Below, in pieces: positions 1-9,498 of a stretch of 32,000 bases of DNA. Below the pieces are notes generated by a model. The model was not told the DNA's origin. It ran no database searches and worked only from the letters and a program-made list of their open reading frames with translations. The position numbers were made by a program, and so were the translations under genes. Source of the DNA: Archaeoglobi archaeon JdFR-42 (GTDB lineage Archaea > Halobacteriota > Archaeoglobi > Archaeoglobales > JdFR-42); assembly GCA_002010305.1 (NCBI GenBank), contig MTND01000027.1:14470-46469 (forward strand). Direction: 5' to 3'. The number at the start of each line of letters is the position of its first letter. Position 1 is the stretch's first letter.

Positions 1-432
1 GTTCATCATCATTTCGCACTCAGCCTTGAACCGCTCCAGTGAAATATTCACATCGGAGGAAGTAATGGAAAATTCAACGTGTTTTCTAAATTCCCCTTTT
101 CCATGATGTACTTCAAGGCCTACGGTTTGGATTGCTCCAACAGGAACACCAAAATCTTTTGAAGGCTCAATCTGACTACCATCAACTCCACAGATCTTTA
201 ATCCCTCTAAAATGGAAATAGCATGGTTTGTCTGGATATTAAAAGTTCTGAAGGAAGGAGGGCTGGCTGGTTTCGCTCCACGGCAGCTCTCATAGTCAAA
301 ATAATCACTCTCATAAATCTCTTTTAGGAACTTAACTGCAGTATTACGAGCTTTTTCAGCTTTTTCCAATTCCATTTCCAGTTCTTTTGAAAATTTTTCA
401 ATAGCTTCTAACATTTTCCCTATATCAAGCAT
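1..432 (-). CDS. nurA: NurA-like 5'-3' nuclease, N-terminal part (ORF runs off the left edge of the window)
   Basis: Absent from the ORF track because no stop lies in the window. My translation of the minus strand from ATG 432..430 gives MLDIGKMLEAIEKFSKELEMELEKAEKARNTAVKFLKEIYESDYFDYESCRGAKPASPPSFRTFNIQTNHAISILEGLKICGVDGSQIEPSKDFGVPVGAIQTVGLEVHHGKGEF..., open for all 144 codons. GVDGS resembles the catalytic-Asp motif of archaeal NurA. The start overlaps the rad50 stop (TAATG), and mre11-rad50-nurA is the classic archaeal gene order. Confidence 0.6.
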   Translation of the reverse strand, partial: MLDIGKMLEAIEKFSKELEMELEKAEKARNTAVKFLKEIYESDYFDYESCRGAKPASPPSFRTFNIQTNHAISILEGLKICGVDGSQIEPSKDFGVPVGAIQTVGLEVHHGKGEFRKHVEFSITSSDVNISLERFKAECEMMMN

Positions 433-3104
433 TATTGCACCACCACAGTGACACCATTAACATTTTCCAGTTTGATGGAGTTGTCTGTAACTTCTTCAAA
501 AGTGTCATCGTGGGAAATAACAAAAAGCTGAGTGAATCCGCCAATATCTCTTAGCTGCTGAGCTAGATTACTTCTTCGAATCTCGTCCATGTTCTGTGTG
601 GGTTCGTCAAAAAAAGCAATATCAATCTCACTCAATGCCTTTAGGAGGGCAAGTCTTACTGAAATGGCTGCAACCATCTGTTCCCCCCCAGATAACTGGT
701 GAAAGCTCATGTCCTTCCCATGATACTTCAATCTGATCCCGAAATCTTTTCCCCATTCTAGTGTCCAGGAATAGTCTCCCATTATTTCATTGAAGAGTCT
801 GTTTGCCTCTAGAGAGATAATTTCTACATAAGCTTTTGTGATAGCTGGAATAGCCTCTTTAAAAACTATCCGCATCTCTTTGAATATTTTTAACTTCTCC
901 TCTTCTCTAGCAATTCGTTCTGTAAACTCTTTATATCTATTATTGAGTTCATTCAACTTTTCTATCTTCTTTTTCAGATCTTCAACTTGCTTGTTTTTCT
1001 CTCCAAGCTCTCCCTCTATTCTAGCCATCTCGTTACTCAGCTTTTCAACTCTCTCTTTGAGTTTTTCCCATTTTACCGGGTCGTACTGCTCCTTCAAAAT
1101 TGTCAATTTCGATTTGACTTCTTCAATGTCACTGTTGTGCTTTTGAAGCTCTTTCTCAGTTTTTTCTTTCTTTTTGTAAAGAGTATTGAGGTTTGCTGCC
1201 TTTTCACTGTATTTTAAATAAGCTTCATACGCTGATTTTTTCTCATCTCTCTTTTTTAATAATTGATCTCTCTCAGACTCAAGTTGCTCAAGCTGTTTTA
1301 CCGTCTTTACAATTTCTTTTAATTCTTCTTCAATGGAATTTATTTCTTCTAAAGTCTGTTGTCGTTTTTCCATTAGTTCCTCTTTTTTTCTAATTGTTTC
1401 CAGTAATATATGTAGCTCTTTTTTGGAATCCATTAGACTCTCTAATCTATCTTGGATATCCTTTATTCTACTGGCATCTTTTTTGAGAACTTCTATTCTC
1501 TCTTCTAATTCCTCTCTTTCCTTTGTTACTTCCATCAATTCTTGGTTGTATTCAGAGAACTTAATTAGTCTACCTTTAAGTTCCCTGTACTCCTCTTCCT
1601 CTTTTCTTAGCTTTTTAATCAGTTCATTAACAGTTTCGAGAGCCTTTTTACCTCTTATTATCTTCTGAGATAGTTCCTGAATATCCTTTTCAATCTCTTT
1701 AGCTTTTTTTCCAACTCTGGTGCAATCTTCCTCGATAAATGGACATCTGCCGTTTGAGATAAATTCAATGTTCTCTTTGTAAAGTTTAATCTTTGAGGAA
1801 ATACTGGCCAGACCAGTCATCAGTTTATCTTTCTTTTTCTCTAATTCATCCAGTTTCTTAAGTCTCTCCTCCAATTCTTTAGTCTGATTTTCAATCCTTA
1901 GGAGTTCGTTAATGTCTTTAGCAAGAGTTTGCTCCCTTTTTTCAATCTTGTGGTACTGAGTTTCTAATTCGGTCAATAGCTGAAGCGATCTTTCTGCCTG
2001 TTTCAAGTCCTTTTCAAGATCTTCCTGGAGTTTAGCCTCTTTTTTGAGATCAGGTATTCGAGATTCAGCCTGGTTAATTTTTTTTAGTTCCTCATCTATT
2101 TGAGTTAGTACTTGGGTAAGCCGGGATTTTTTTACTATTAGTTCTGTGTATTCCTTTCTGTGGGTTTCCATTTTCCTAACGAGATCTCCTATATCTCTAA
2201 TCTTTTTGTCTATACTAATGTACTCTTGGTACTCTTTCTGAAGAAGTTCCATATTCTTTTTTGCTTCAAAGGATTCGGTAATTCTGTGATCTATGTCTTG
2301 TAGGATTCTTAAAATGCCTGATATTTTCTCTTCAAGTACATTTACCCTCCCTTCTGTTGTGGAGATTTCTTCTTTCAGTTTGTCAAGGAACTCTTTCTCT
2401 TTTTTTACGGTTTTAAAAGTCTTTGACTTCTCTTTTAGCGTTCTGGAAAGCTCGTCTATCTCTTTTAAGAGAACTTTTAATTGTGCTTCATGTTCTTTAG
2501 TCAACTCTATCTCTTTCTCTATTCTAGAGATTTCTATCTGAAGATCCTGTATCTTTTTATAAAGGTATTTTTCATATTCTCTGCTTTTTTCGTAGGCTGA
2601 TGAATATACGTTAAGACCAAGAAGAGGAGAAAATACTTCTTTTCTGGCGCTGGGGGGGAGCAAGAAATGTGAGGTCATAGCTCCCTGAGGCACTCCAACA
2701 GCATTCTCAAAAAAAGTTTTGAGATCTGTGTATTCACTCAGCTGAAGATGATCTCTGATCCAAGCCAATACATCGGTTTTCCCATCCCCAATTTTCGTTT
2801 TAAGCTCCATATCCATTACATAGTATTCTGATGTAGAGTTTTTCCGTATCTTTCTTACTATCTTATATTCTCTCTCATCCTTTCGAGATACCACTACTAA
2901 GCGTATCTCTCCAGAACTACTCCCTCTTCTGAGAAAATCACCAAGTTTATAGGGTAAAGAATCAAAAAGCACAAATCCAATTGCCTCAAGTATGGTGGTT
3001 TTACCAGCTCCATTTTCGCCTATTATGGAGTTGGTCCCTGGAGTAAAAGTAAATTCACCCCTCTCATAGCTTTTTATGTTTTCAAGGAACAGACTTTTTA
3101 TCAT
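432..3104 (-). CDS. rad50: Rad50 DNA double-strand-break repair ATPase (SMC-like)
   Basis: Long ORF. I place the start at ATG 3104 (MIKSLFLENIKSY...) rather than the track start at 3146, because GGAGG (rc of 3112..3116) lies about 8 nt upstream. Walker A GENGAGKTT; very long K/E-rich coiled coil with a central Cys hook region (CPFIEEDC); signature LSGGE, Walker B FFDEPT and H-loop VISHDD at the C-terminus. Confidence 0.93.
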   Translation of the reverse strand: MIKSLFLENIKSYERGEFTFTPGTNSIIGENGAGKTTILEAIGFVLFDSLPYKLGDFLRRGSSSGEIRLVVVSRKDEREYKIVRKIRKNSTSEYYVMDMELKTKIGDGKTDVLAWIRDHLQLSEYTDLKTFFENAVGVPQGAMTSHFLLPPSARKEVFSPLLGLNVYSSAYEKSREYEKYLYKKIQDLQIEISRIEKEIELTKEHEAQLKVLLKEIDELSRTLKEKSKTFKTVKKEKEFLDKLKEEISTTEGRVNVLEEKISGILRILQDIDHRITESFEAKKNMELLQKEYQEYISIDKKIRDIGDLVRKMETHRKEYTELIVKKSRLTQVLTQIDEELKKINQAESRIPDLKKEAKLQEDLEKDLKQAERSLQLLTELETQYHKIEKREQTLAKDINELLRIENQTKELEERLKKLDELEKKKDKLMTGLASISSKIKLYKENIEFISNGRCPFIEEDCTRVGKKAKEIEKDIQELSQKIIRGKKALETVNELIKKLRKEEEEYRELKGRLIKFSEYNQELMEVTKEREELEERIEVLKKDASRIKDIQDRLESLMDSKKELHILLETIRKKEELMEKRQQTLEEINSIEEELKEIVKTVKQLEQLESERDQLLKKRDEKKSAYEAYLKYSEKAANLNTLYKKKEKTEKELQKHNSDIEEVKSKLTILKEQYDPVKWEKLKERVEKLSNEMARIEGELGEKNKQVEDLKKKIEKLNELNNRYKEFTERIAREEEKLKIFKEMRIVFKEAIPAITKAYVEIISLEANRLFNEIMGDYSWTLEWGKDFGIRLKYHGKDMSFHQLSGGEQMVAAISVRLALLKALSEIDIAFFDEPTQNMDEIRRSNLAQQLRDIGGFTQLFVISHDDTFEEVTDNSIKLENVNGVTVVVQ

Positions 3105-4404
3105 AGCATTTCCTCCAGTCCCACACCTCCTCCTCTTGAAAATCATCTGGTTGTTGGTTTTCCATAGAGTGTTTCAGTTTTATCTCTGATGTCTCTATTT
3201 TCTGTGGGATTTTAGCATCTATGAGGTCCTCAAGAAACATGTCCACTTTTTCAAGAGTGAAGTCCGAAATGAAAACTTTTTTGAGATCTACTATTGCTTT
3301 CGCGAATCTTTCTTCCACTCCATCGAATATAGGGTGTCTATATAGTAATTTTTGAATGACATCCAGTTCAAAATCCTCTCGTCTGTCTCCCTCGAAAATA
3401 ACATCGTAATCACTAGTCTGTGTTTCAAATCTAAGCCGTATAACTATGGGGGAATAAATGGAGTTGATAATCTCTTTAATTCTCTCTTCATGTATTTCGT
3501 TCCTGGCTATAGAGCCTCGTATGGTGAGCTCCACAACAGGATTCCCTATGGTTTTGTTATTTTCAAGATATTCTTCAAGTTCTTGATAGAGGTTTGAAGA
3601 ATTATCTGCATTGAAATGTAGCCGAATAAATTTCCTTCTTGCGTTTTCAATAAGGGTTACTTTAACACTATCTGATACTTTAACAAAGAAAAAGCCCTTT
3701 TTCCATCCATACTCGTCGATACTCCATGTTTCGGGAGCACCTGGATTATAAATCCAATCATCTTCCATGTAATATTTGTGTATATGTCCGAGAGCAACAT
3801 AGTCTATTTTTTCTCTGAGAGGGAGGAAGGAATGATAATCAACCATTCCGGAAATGTTGGGCACATATCCCTCAAGACCAGCATGCATCATTAGTATGTT
3901 AAATCGATCAGAATCTTTAAATGCATCAGAAAAAGTTTGTAAACCAATCTCAGTTGCAGAGCCTAGGTATTTGATCCCATATATACGAGCCTCATTTATG
4001 TCATAGAACGCCCCTCCTTTCTCCTTTGTCCATGCCCTCAAACTGGCTTTTCCCTTACCAAAATCAGGAGATAGAAGATGTAGTAATCCTTCTCTGGAAA
4101 GATAGTTCATCCAAGACATCTGATCCGAAAAGTGAGCTCTATCATGATTACCTTCCACACAGAAAAGAGGAATATTATTGTCTTTAAGCAGCTTCAGACA
4201 TGTGGTTGCCTGAAGAAGAGTTTTTGGATTGATAGACCTTTTATTGAACATATCCCCTGAAAGGAGAACAAAGTCCACTTTTTTTGAGATGGCATACTGG
4301 ACGATTTCCAGAAAAGCCTGTCCAAAATCCAGAAATCGTTCAGTATTCCCATACTGTTCATATCCCAGATGTGTATCGGCTAAGTGAATAAAACTGAAAG
4401 ACAT
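3082..4404 (-). CDS. mre11: Mre11 DNA repair nuclease (calcineurin-like phosphoesterase)
   Basis: Phosphoesterase motifs in order: ADTHLG, GDMFN, GNHD, MHAGL, GHIH. The 3' end overlaps the proposed rad50 start by 23 nt, so the two form an operon. Confidence 0.93.
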   Translation of the reverse strand: MSFSFIHLADTHLGYEQYGNTERFLDFGQAFLEIVQYAISKKVDFVLLSGDMFNKRSINPKTLLQATTCLKLLKDNNIPLFCVEGNHDRAHFSDQMSWMNYLSREGLLHLLSPDFGKGKASLRAWTKEKGGAFYDINEARIYGIKYLGSATEIGLQTFSDAFKDSDRFNILMMHAGLEGYVPNISGMVDYHSFLPLREKIDYVALGHIHKYYMEDDWIYNPGAPETWSIDEYGWKKGFFFVKVSDSVKVTLIENARRKFIRLHFNADNSSNLYQELEEYLENNKTIGNPVVELTIRGSIARNEIHEERIKEIINSIYSPIVIRLRFETQTSDYDVIFEGDRREDFELDVIQKLLYRHPIFDGVEERFAKAIVDLKKVFISDFTLEKVDMFLEDLIDAKIPQKIETSEIKLKHSMENQQPDDFQEEEVWDWRKCYDKKSVP

Positions 4405-4423
4405 TGGTGTATGATTGAGATGA

Positions 4424-4436
4424 GATTATATTAATG
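4424..4436 (-). promoter_or_regulatory. TATA-like box upstream of mre11
   Basis: The minus strand reads CATTAATATAATC, centred about 26 nt upstream of the mre11 ATG (4404). This spacing fits an archaeal TATA box driving a leaderless or near-leaderless transcript. Confidence 0.4.
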
Positions 4437-4437
4437 T

Positions 4438-4965
4438 TTATCTGTCTTCTGAAAGTATTCCTCTCCTGGCTTTATATTCATCAAACTTCTTTTCAAGGGC
4501 TTTATATTCTTTTTTCAACCTAATAAGAAGTGAATCACTAACATCTTTCACGACTTTTCCTGGGACTCCCAGAACAAGAGATCTGTTTGGAATCCTTGCC
4601 TCAGGGGGGACAACAGAACCAGCAGCAATTAAGCATTCATCTCCAATAACACTTCCATCCAACAATATGGCTCCAATTCCTATAACAGACCTATCCCCCA
4701 CACGAGCCCCATGCACGATAGCCCCATGACTTATAATGGTTTTTTCACCTATAACCACTGGTCTTCCTTTAGGGGCTTCAATCACACAATTATCGAGGAT
4801 CATAGCCCCTCGTTTGAGGATGATAGAGTCGTCATCTCCACGTATAGTTGTATTTGGGTATATCCCAACTCCATCCTCTATTTCCACATCTCCAATAATA
4901 ACTGATGAAGTGTCAATATATGCAACATTAATTCTTGGCTTTTTTCCTGAGAATTCACTTACCAT
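4438..4965 (-). CDS. Left-handed beta-helix (hexapeptide repeat) protein, gamma-carbonic-anhydrase-like/PaaY-like
   Basis: Hexapeptide-repeat periodicity (IGDVEIEDGVGIYPNTTIRGD..., ISHGAIVHGARVGDRSVIGIGAILLDGSVIGDECLIAAGSVV). Two of the three gamma-CA zinc His positions are present (SHGAIVHG). The first is not (NCVIEAP where the paralog has NVQDNTTVHV). Confidence 0.75.
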   Translation of the reverse strand: MVSEFSGKKPRINVAYIDTSSVIIGDVEIEDGVGIYPNTTIRGDDDSIILKRGAMILDNCVIEAPKGRPVVIGEKTIISHGAIVHGARVGDRSVIGIGAILLDGSVIGDECLIAAGSVVPPEARIPNRSLVLGVPGKVVKDVSDSLLIRLKKEYKALEKKFDEYKARRGILSEDR

Positions 4966-5048
4966 GAATTGGAAAATGGCTGTTAATTATTTGAAATTTT
5001 CCTATAATACCATCAAACTTTTAAAGAAAAACAATCCACTTCTGAATC

Positions 5049-6182
5049 ATGGATATAACGCTAACCCCAAAACAAAGATCATTAACTTTACATTTAAGAA
5101 GACGGTTAAATCTTCGAGATAAATATGATTTTGATGCGATACAGAGAGAGGTACGGGCTATAAAAGAATATTCTCTTCAACATATGGATTCTCTCCTGGA
5201 GGAAACAGTGGAGAGTCTTGAAGATGTTGGATGCTCTGTTTATGTAGCCAGTAGCTATGAAGATGCATGCGATTATGCGCTGGAATTTTTCCAGAATGAT
5301 GAACTCATAGTTAAGTCGAAATCTAATGCAGCCAAGGAAATCGGTGTAGTGTCTGCTCTTCTTCAGGCGGGAAAAGATATAATTGAAACGGATCTTGGGG
5401 ATAGAATTGTACAGCTTCTTGGTCTAGAGGCAATGCATCCTCTTGCCCCAGCAATCCATGTTCCCAAAGAGGATGTTGCTCGCGCAATGTCTGCGGAATT
5501 GGGAAAGGAAATCCCTCCTGATGTAGAATTGATGGTAAAAGAGTATAGCCGCTGGTTACTTGAGTATATTTTAAAAGCAGACGGTAGTATCACCGGTGCC
5601 AATGCGATAGCTGCGAGAGAAGGAGCTATCGCCCTCATTGAGAACGAAGGAAACATCAGTCTGATTACAAGAGCAGTTAAAAAGCATCTTGTTGTTGCTT
5701 ATACTACCAAAATTGTACCCCACGTGAAAGATGCACTAACAGTAGTTCAGGCCAATTCTCTGTTCGGAGCAGGACAACCTCTTGGAACATACCTGTCTTT
5801 TATATCAGGCCCTAGCAAGACTGCAGATGTCGAAGGGGTTATTGTAAAAGGGATGCATGGACCTTCTAATGTATCAGTTTTACTGGTAAAGCCACCTGTC
5901 TTGCCCATATCGGATTTGAAAGATGTGAGTTACTGTCTGAACTGTGGAATCTGTCTTTCAGTGTGTCCTGTGTATTATTCTTTGGATCAGTTTGGAGGAA
6001 AGTATGGTCATGGTGGTATTGGGATTGTGAAGGCTTTTATACATGGGAATGTTGGGGAAGAACTCTGGAAATGTACTGGATGTAAAGCATGTGAGTCTGT
6101 CTGTCCTTCTATGATTGACAGTGGAAAAATGATTCATTCCATCAGGAGATATCTTCGCACCACAGAAAACAATTCCGATTGA
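5049..6182 (+). CDS. LUD-domain (DUF162) protein with C-terminal 2x[4Fe-4S] ferredoxin motifs, LutB-like
   Basis: Two ferredoxin-type clusters: CLNCGICLSVCP and CTGCKACESVCP. The upstream part resembles the LUD/lactate-utilisation domain (ITGANAIAAREGAIALIENEGN). The exact start is uncertain. Confidence 0.65.
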   Translation: MDITLTPKQRSLTLHLRRRLNLRDKYDFDAIQREVRAIKEYSLQHMDSLLEETVESLEDVGCSVYVASSYEDACDYALEFFQNDELIVKSKSNAAKEIGVVSALLQAGKDIIETDLGDRIVQLLGLEAMHPLAPAIHVPKEDVARAMSAELGKEIPPDVELMVKEYSRWLLEYILKADGSITGANAIAAREGAIALIENEGNISLITRAVKKHLVVAYTTKIVPHVKDALTVVQANSLFGAGQPLGTYLSFISGPSKTADVEGVIVKGMHGPSNVSVLLVKPPVLPISDLKDVSYCLNCGICLSVCPVYYSLDQFGGKYGHGGIGIVKAFIHGNVGEELWKCTGCKACESVCPSMIDSGKMIHSIRRYLRTTENNSD

Positions 6183-6213
6183 TTTTTATTCTGGTCTGTG
6201 TTATAGGCATACC

Positions 6214-6759
6214 ATGGCAGTGAAAGAGCATCCTATGGATTACCTTTACAAGAAACCTACCATTGGGAAAGATGTGTTTATTGCTCCGAACTCGGTGCTT
6301 CTTGGAGATATAACTCTGAAAGATTACTCTAGTGTGTGGTTTGGAGTAGTTATGAGAGCTGATAAAGCTCCCATTATTGTGGGGAGGTATACCAATGTAC
6401 AGGACAATACCACCGTCCATGTAGGAGATGATGGACCAGTGGTAATAGGTAATCACGTGGTGATAGGCCATAATTCTGTTGTTCATGGGTGTACCATCGG
6501 AAACAACTGCATTATAGGAATGGGGTCTGTTATACTTAACAATGCAAAGATCGGAGATAACTGTATAATCGGAGCAGGAAGTCTCGTTACACAGAATACA
6601 GAAATACCTCCCGGATCACTTGCAGTTGGCTCTCCTGCAAGAGTCATCAAAGAGGTAACGGAAGAACAAAAAAAGTTCATAACTTTCAATGCAGAAGAGT
6701 ATTTCAAGGCAAGCAGAAAATATTATGAGCTGCTAAAGGATTCCAATGAGCAGAAATGA
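6214..6759 (+). CDS. Gamma-class carbonic anhydrase family protein (YrdA/CamH-like, hexapeptide repeat)
   Basis: Canonical family pattern: IAPNSVLLGDITL..SSVWFGVVMRAD...IIVGRYTNVQDNTTVHV...VVIGHNSVVHGCTIGNNCIIGMGSVILNNAKIGDNCIIGAGSLV. All three candidate zinc His residues are present. Confidence 0.8.
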   Translation: MAVKEHPMDYLYKKPTIGKDVFIAPNSVLLGDITLKDYSSVWFGVVMRADKAPIIVGRYTNVQDNTTVHVGDDGPVVIGNHVVIGHNSVVHGCTIGNNCIIGMGSVILNNAKIGDNCIIGAGSLVTQNTEIPPGSLAVGSPARVIKEVTEEQKKFITFNAEEYFKASRKYYELLKDSNEQK

Positions 6760-7624
6760 GCTTTTTTATGGTATATTCATAATGGGTGTGGGAGCGGTTC
6801 TGTTGGGGACACTAGGAGTCATTGGTAAATTGACTTTCAGGTATGTATCTCCCTTTACAGCAACTTTTTTCAGAAGTGTAATTGGTGTTGGGTTCCTGTT
6901 ACCTTATCTTTTATGGAGGGACAGGAATCTATTTCCAGAAACAAACGAGCTAAAAAAATTATTTCCACTCTCTATGATTCTCGCATCGACTTTTGCCATG
7001 TATTTCTTGGCCGTCTCTCTCATAGACGTTTCAATTGCAATTCTTCTTGAGTATACAGCCCCCTTTTATGTTTTACTTGTTTCGTCAATATTTCTAAATG
7101 AGAATCTAACCAGTGGAAAGATTTTAGCAGCCATAGTTGCTTTTTTCGGTATTGTTTTTATAATAGACCCTTTAAACCTGGATTTCGGATTAAGGAACCC
7201 TGGTGGCTATGGATTGGCTCTCATGGCTGGCTTGCTGTGGGGATTATATTTTGTTTTAACCAAACATGCTGTATCAGACATATCTCCAGTGAAAACGACC
7301 GTTTATACCCTTGCTATGGGTATTCCTCTGCTCTTTATTCTTGCTTTGATAATGGAGGGATTTAATGTCAATTTTGAAGAGGGATGGCCGTATCTTCTTG
7401 TGCTTGGAGTAGGGCCAACTGGTATGGCTTACTTGCTGTATTCAGAAGGCATCAAGCGAATAAAAGCTAGCCAAGCAGGAATAGTCGCCAACATTGAGCC
7501 ATTGTCTACAGTCATCTTGGCTTTTTTAATTCTCCATGAGTCAATTGGTATCAATGTTATTGTGGGAATGCTTTTGATATTTTTCGCTATTAGCTGGATG
7601 TGGAAATCCACCAATAAGGATTAA
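6746..7624 (+). CDS. EamA/DMT-superfamily transporter
   Basis: About 10 hydrophobic segments arranged as two EamA-like halves. It overlaps the upstream gene by 14 nt. Confidence 0.7.
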   Translation: MSRNELFYGIFIMGVGAVLLGTLGVIGKLTFRYVSPFTATFFRSVIGVGFLLPYLLWRDRNLFPETNELKKLFPLSMILASTFAMYFLAVSLIDVSIAILLEYTAPFYVLLVSSIFLNENLTSGKILAAIVAFFGIVFIIDPLNLDFGLRNPGGYGLALMAGLLWGLYFVLTKHAVSDISPVKTTVYTLAMGIPLLFILALIMEGFNVNFEEGWPYLLVLGVGPTGMAYLLYSEGIKRIKASQAGIVANIEPLSTVILAFLILHESIGINVIVGMLLIFFAISWMWKSTNKD

Positions 7625-7628
7625 TTTT

Positions 7629-8537
7629 TTATTTCTGTAACATCTCTCTCATCAAATTACATGCTTGGCAAATCTCTCCAGAAGTAGGCTCTCCACATAA
7701 TTTGCAAGAGTTCAGGGATATCTGTGGAAACTCAGTGGAGAGACAATTTCTGAGCTTATCAAGACTCCGTAGGATTGAGTATTTCCTTCCTGGATGTTTG
7801 TGTTCAAATTCGTTGAGAAAGTCCCGTATTTCAGCCCGGATAGGTTCGTGACTATATGGACACTCTTCCATATCAACTTTGAGATTGTTAACCAAAGCAT
7901 AAAGAACTACTTCTTTTTCATAAATACTTCTGAGGGGTTTGATTCTCATAACCATGTCTTTCTGAGTTTTTTGTGGGATGAGTCTTGCTAATTTAGATAT
8001 ATCTGCGTGAATAAAGTTCATAAGAATTGTTTGAGCTTCATCATCCAGATTATGGCCTGTGGCAAGTTTATTTGCTCCTAGATCTCTTGCGGTTTTGTTA
8101 AGGAGATATTTTCTGAGAACACCACAGTAGGTACAGGGTTTTTTATTAGCATCTCTCATCATCTGATCCAGCGTTGAACCAAAAGACTCTTCGAATGAGA
8201 CAATTACATGCTCTAATCCAAACTCTGCACAAATCTTTTTAGCAAGAGGGATTGTATTTTCTCGGTATCCGGCTATACCTTCGTCAACGGTTATGGCTGA
8301 GAGGGTTATATTTTTTGCTCTTTCAAAAAGTTTGCCAAGAATGTAGGTCAATACAAGGCTGTCTTTCCCTCCACTGAGAGCGATTGCTACTGAATCCCCT
8401 CTCTGTATCAATCTTCCGGTTCTCAGCTCCCTTCTAACTCGTTTTTCCACATCTTCGACAAGGTGTTTATGGCAGAGATGTCTTCCTGAATGTTTCTGCC
8501 ATATGACTGCCCGTCTGGAGCATTTTGAGCACTGCAC
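7629..8537 (-). CDS. PP-loop ATPase, TtuA/NcsA(Ncs6)-family tRNA 2-thiolation enzyme
   Basis: N-terminal zinc finger CSKC...CHKH, PP-loop SGGKDS, Fe-S Cys pair CTYCG plus a later ECPYS, and C-terminal zinc finger CKLCG...CQAC. GTG start at 8537. Confidence 0.8.
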   Translation of the reverse strand: MQCSKCSRRAVIWQKHSGRHLCHKHLVEDVEKRVRRELRTGRLIQRGDSVAIALSGGKDSLVLTYILGKLFERAKNITLSAITVDEGIAGYRENTIPLAKKICAEFGLEHVIVSFEESFGSTLDQMMRDANKKPCTYCGVLRKYLLNKTARDLGANKLATGHNLDDEAQTILMNFIHADISKLARLIPQKTQKDMVMRIKPLRSIYEKEVVLYALVNNLKVDMEECPYSHEPIRAEIRDFLNEFEHKHPGRKYSILRSLDKLRNCLSTEFPQISLNSCKLCGEPTSGEICQACNLMREMLQK

Positions 8538-8558
8538 GAAAAGGTGATATACCTTTGG

Positions 8559-8573
8559 TTATATATATTTAAA
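8559..8573 (-). promoter_or_regulatory. TATA-like box in the divergent ttuA-like/rio2 intergenic region
   Basis: The minus strand reads TTTAAATATATATAA, centred about 29 nt upstream of the GTG start at 8537, so the thiolase gene is probably leaderless. It lies only about 13 nt from the rio2 ATG, so it is unlikely to be the rio2 TATA box. Confidence 0.4.
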
Positions 8574-8578
8574 CCCTG

Positions 8579-9442
8579 ATGCGACGATTACACCAGATTA
8601 TTGACCGGATCAGTATGGGAGAGTTGAAAGCCCTGAATGTAGTATATCACTTCAATCATAGCTATGATCTGGTGCCCATACATCTGCTGGAAAAATACGT
8701 TAAGACCTCAGATATTGAAAATCTTCTATTGAGACTTCAAGGAAATGGATTGATTACGAAACAGAATAGAGGATATCCTGGTATTAAACTTACCTTTAAT
8801 GGACTCAGTATTTTAGCATTGCATAAACTTCGACATCAGGGGGTTGTAGAATATATTGGGAAAGTGAAAGGTGAGGGAAAAGAATCAGTAGTGTATGGAG
8901 GATATTCGGATGAAAATGGAGAGGTAGTCATCAAACTTCACAGACTTGGTTCAACGAGTTTCAAGAAAGTTAGGGAGGTGAGAGATTACGGAGGCCATAA
9001 CTGGATTCTTACTTCTTCGGTATCAGCGGGACGGGAATATAATTGTCTGAAGAGGCTCATGGGGGCTCTGAATGTTCCCAGGGTTTTTGGTTATGCTTTG
9101 AATGCAGTGGTTATGGAATATCTTGATGGAAAAGAAATGGTAAGTGTCAAGATTGGAAATCCTGAGGATGCTCTAGATTTTTTAATAGAACAGGTTAAAA
9201 GAATGTATAAATTAGGGATTGTTCATGGAGATCTGAGTGAATATAACGTTCTCGTCTCCAATGGGGATATGTATCTCATTGATTTTCCCCAGTATGCTGA
9301 TGCCCATACAGAGAGAGGTAAAAAACTGTTGGAGAGGGATGTGAAGATTATGCTGACTTATTTCCAGAAAAGGTATGGAATTGATATGGATGTAAATCAA
9401 GTGGTAGAGTATATCAGGAGGGATGTGCCTTCGGAACCATAA
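8579..9442 (+). CDS. rio2: Rio2-type atypical serine protein kinase (N-terminal winged helix + RIO domain)
   Basis: wHTH-like N-terminus, then GKVKGEGKESVVYGG, VIKLHRLGSTSFKKV, catalytic HGDLSEYNVLV and metal-binding IDFPQ. Confidence 0.85.
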   Translation: MRRLHQIIDRISMGELKALNVVYHFNHSYDLVPIHLLEKYVKTSDIENLLLRLQGNGLITKQNRGYPGIKLTFNGLSILALHKLRHQGVVEYIGKVKGEGKESVVYGGYSDENGEVVIKLHRLGSTSFKKVREVRDYGGHNWILTSSVSAGREYNCLKRLMGALNVPRVFGYALNAVVMEYLDGKEMVSVKIGNPEDALDFLIEQVKRMYKLGIVHGDLSEYNVLVSNGDMYLIDFPQYADAHTERGKKLLERDVKIMLTYFQKRYGIDMDVNQVVEYIRRDVPSEP

Positions 9443-9498
9443 TTGGAGTTGACACCGTAAAGGGATCACCAGGAAGCAAAATTCCACCCAAGTATGCC

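Noticed and set aside
838-2541. Five plus-strand ORFs (838-1146, 987-1217, 1193-1393, 1333-1668, 2293-2541) inside rad50
   Set aside because: They are S/F/L-rich low-complexity translations, the antisense shadow of the K/E-rich Rad50 coiled coil. They show no motifs and lie wholly inside a confidently called gene.
3105-3146. Upstream extension of rad50 (MIFKRRRCGTGGNA...)
   Set aside because: It lies entirely within the mre11 3' end. A GGAGG site serves the ATG at 3104, and Rad50 proteins normally begin a few residues before the first beta-strand and Walker A.
5363-6486. Minus-strand ORFs 5363-5656 and 6142-6486
   Set aside because: They are antisense to the LUD/Fe-S gene and the gamma-CA gene, with no motifs and biased composition.
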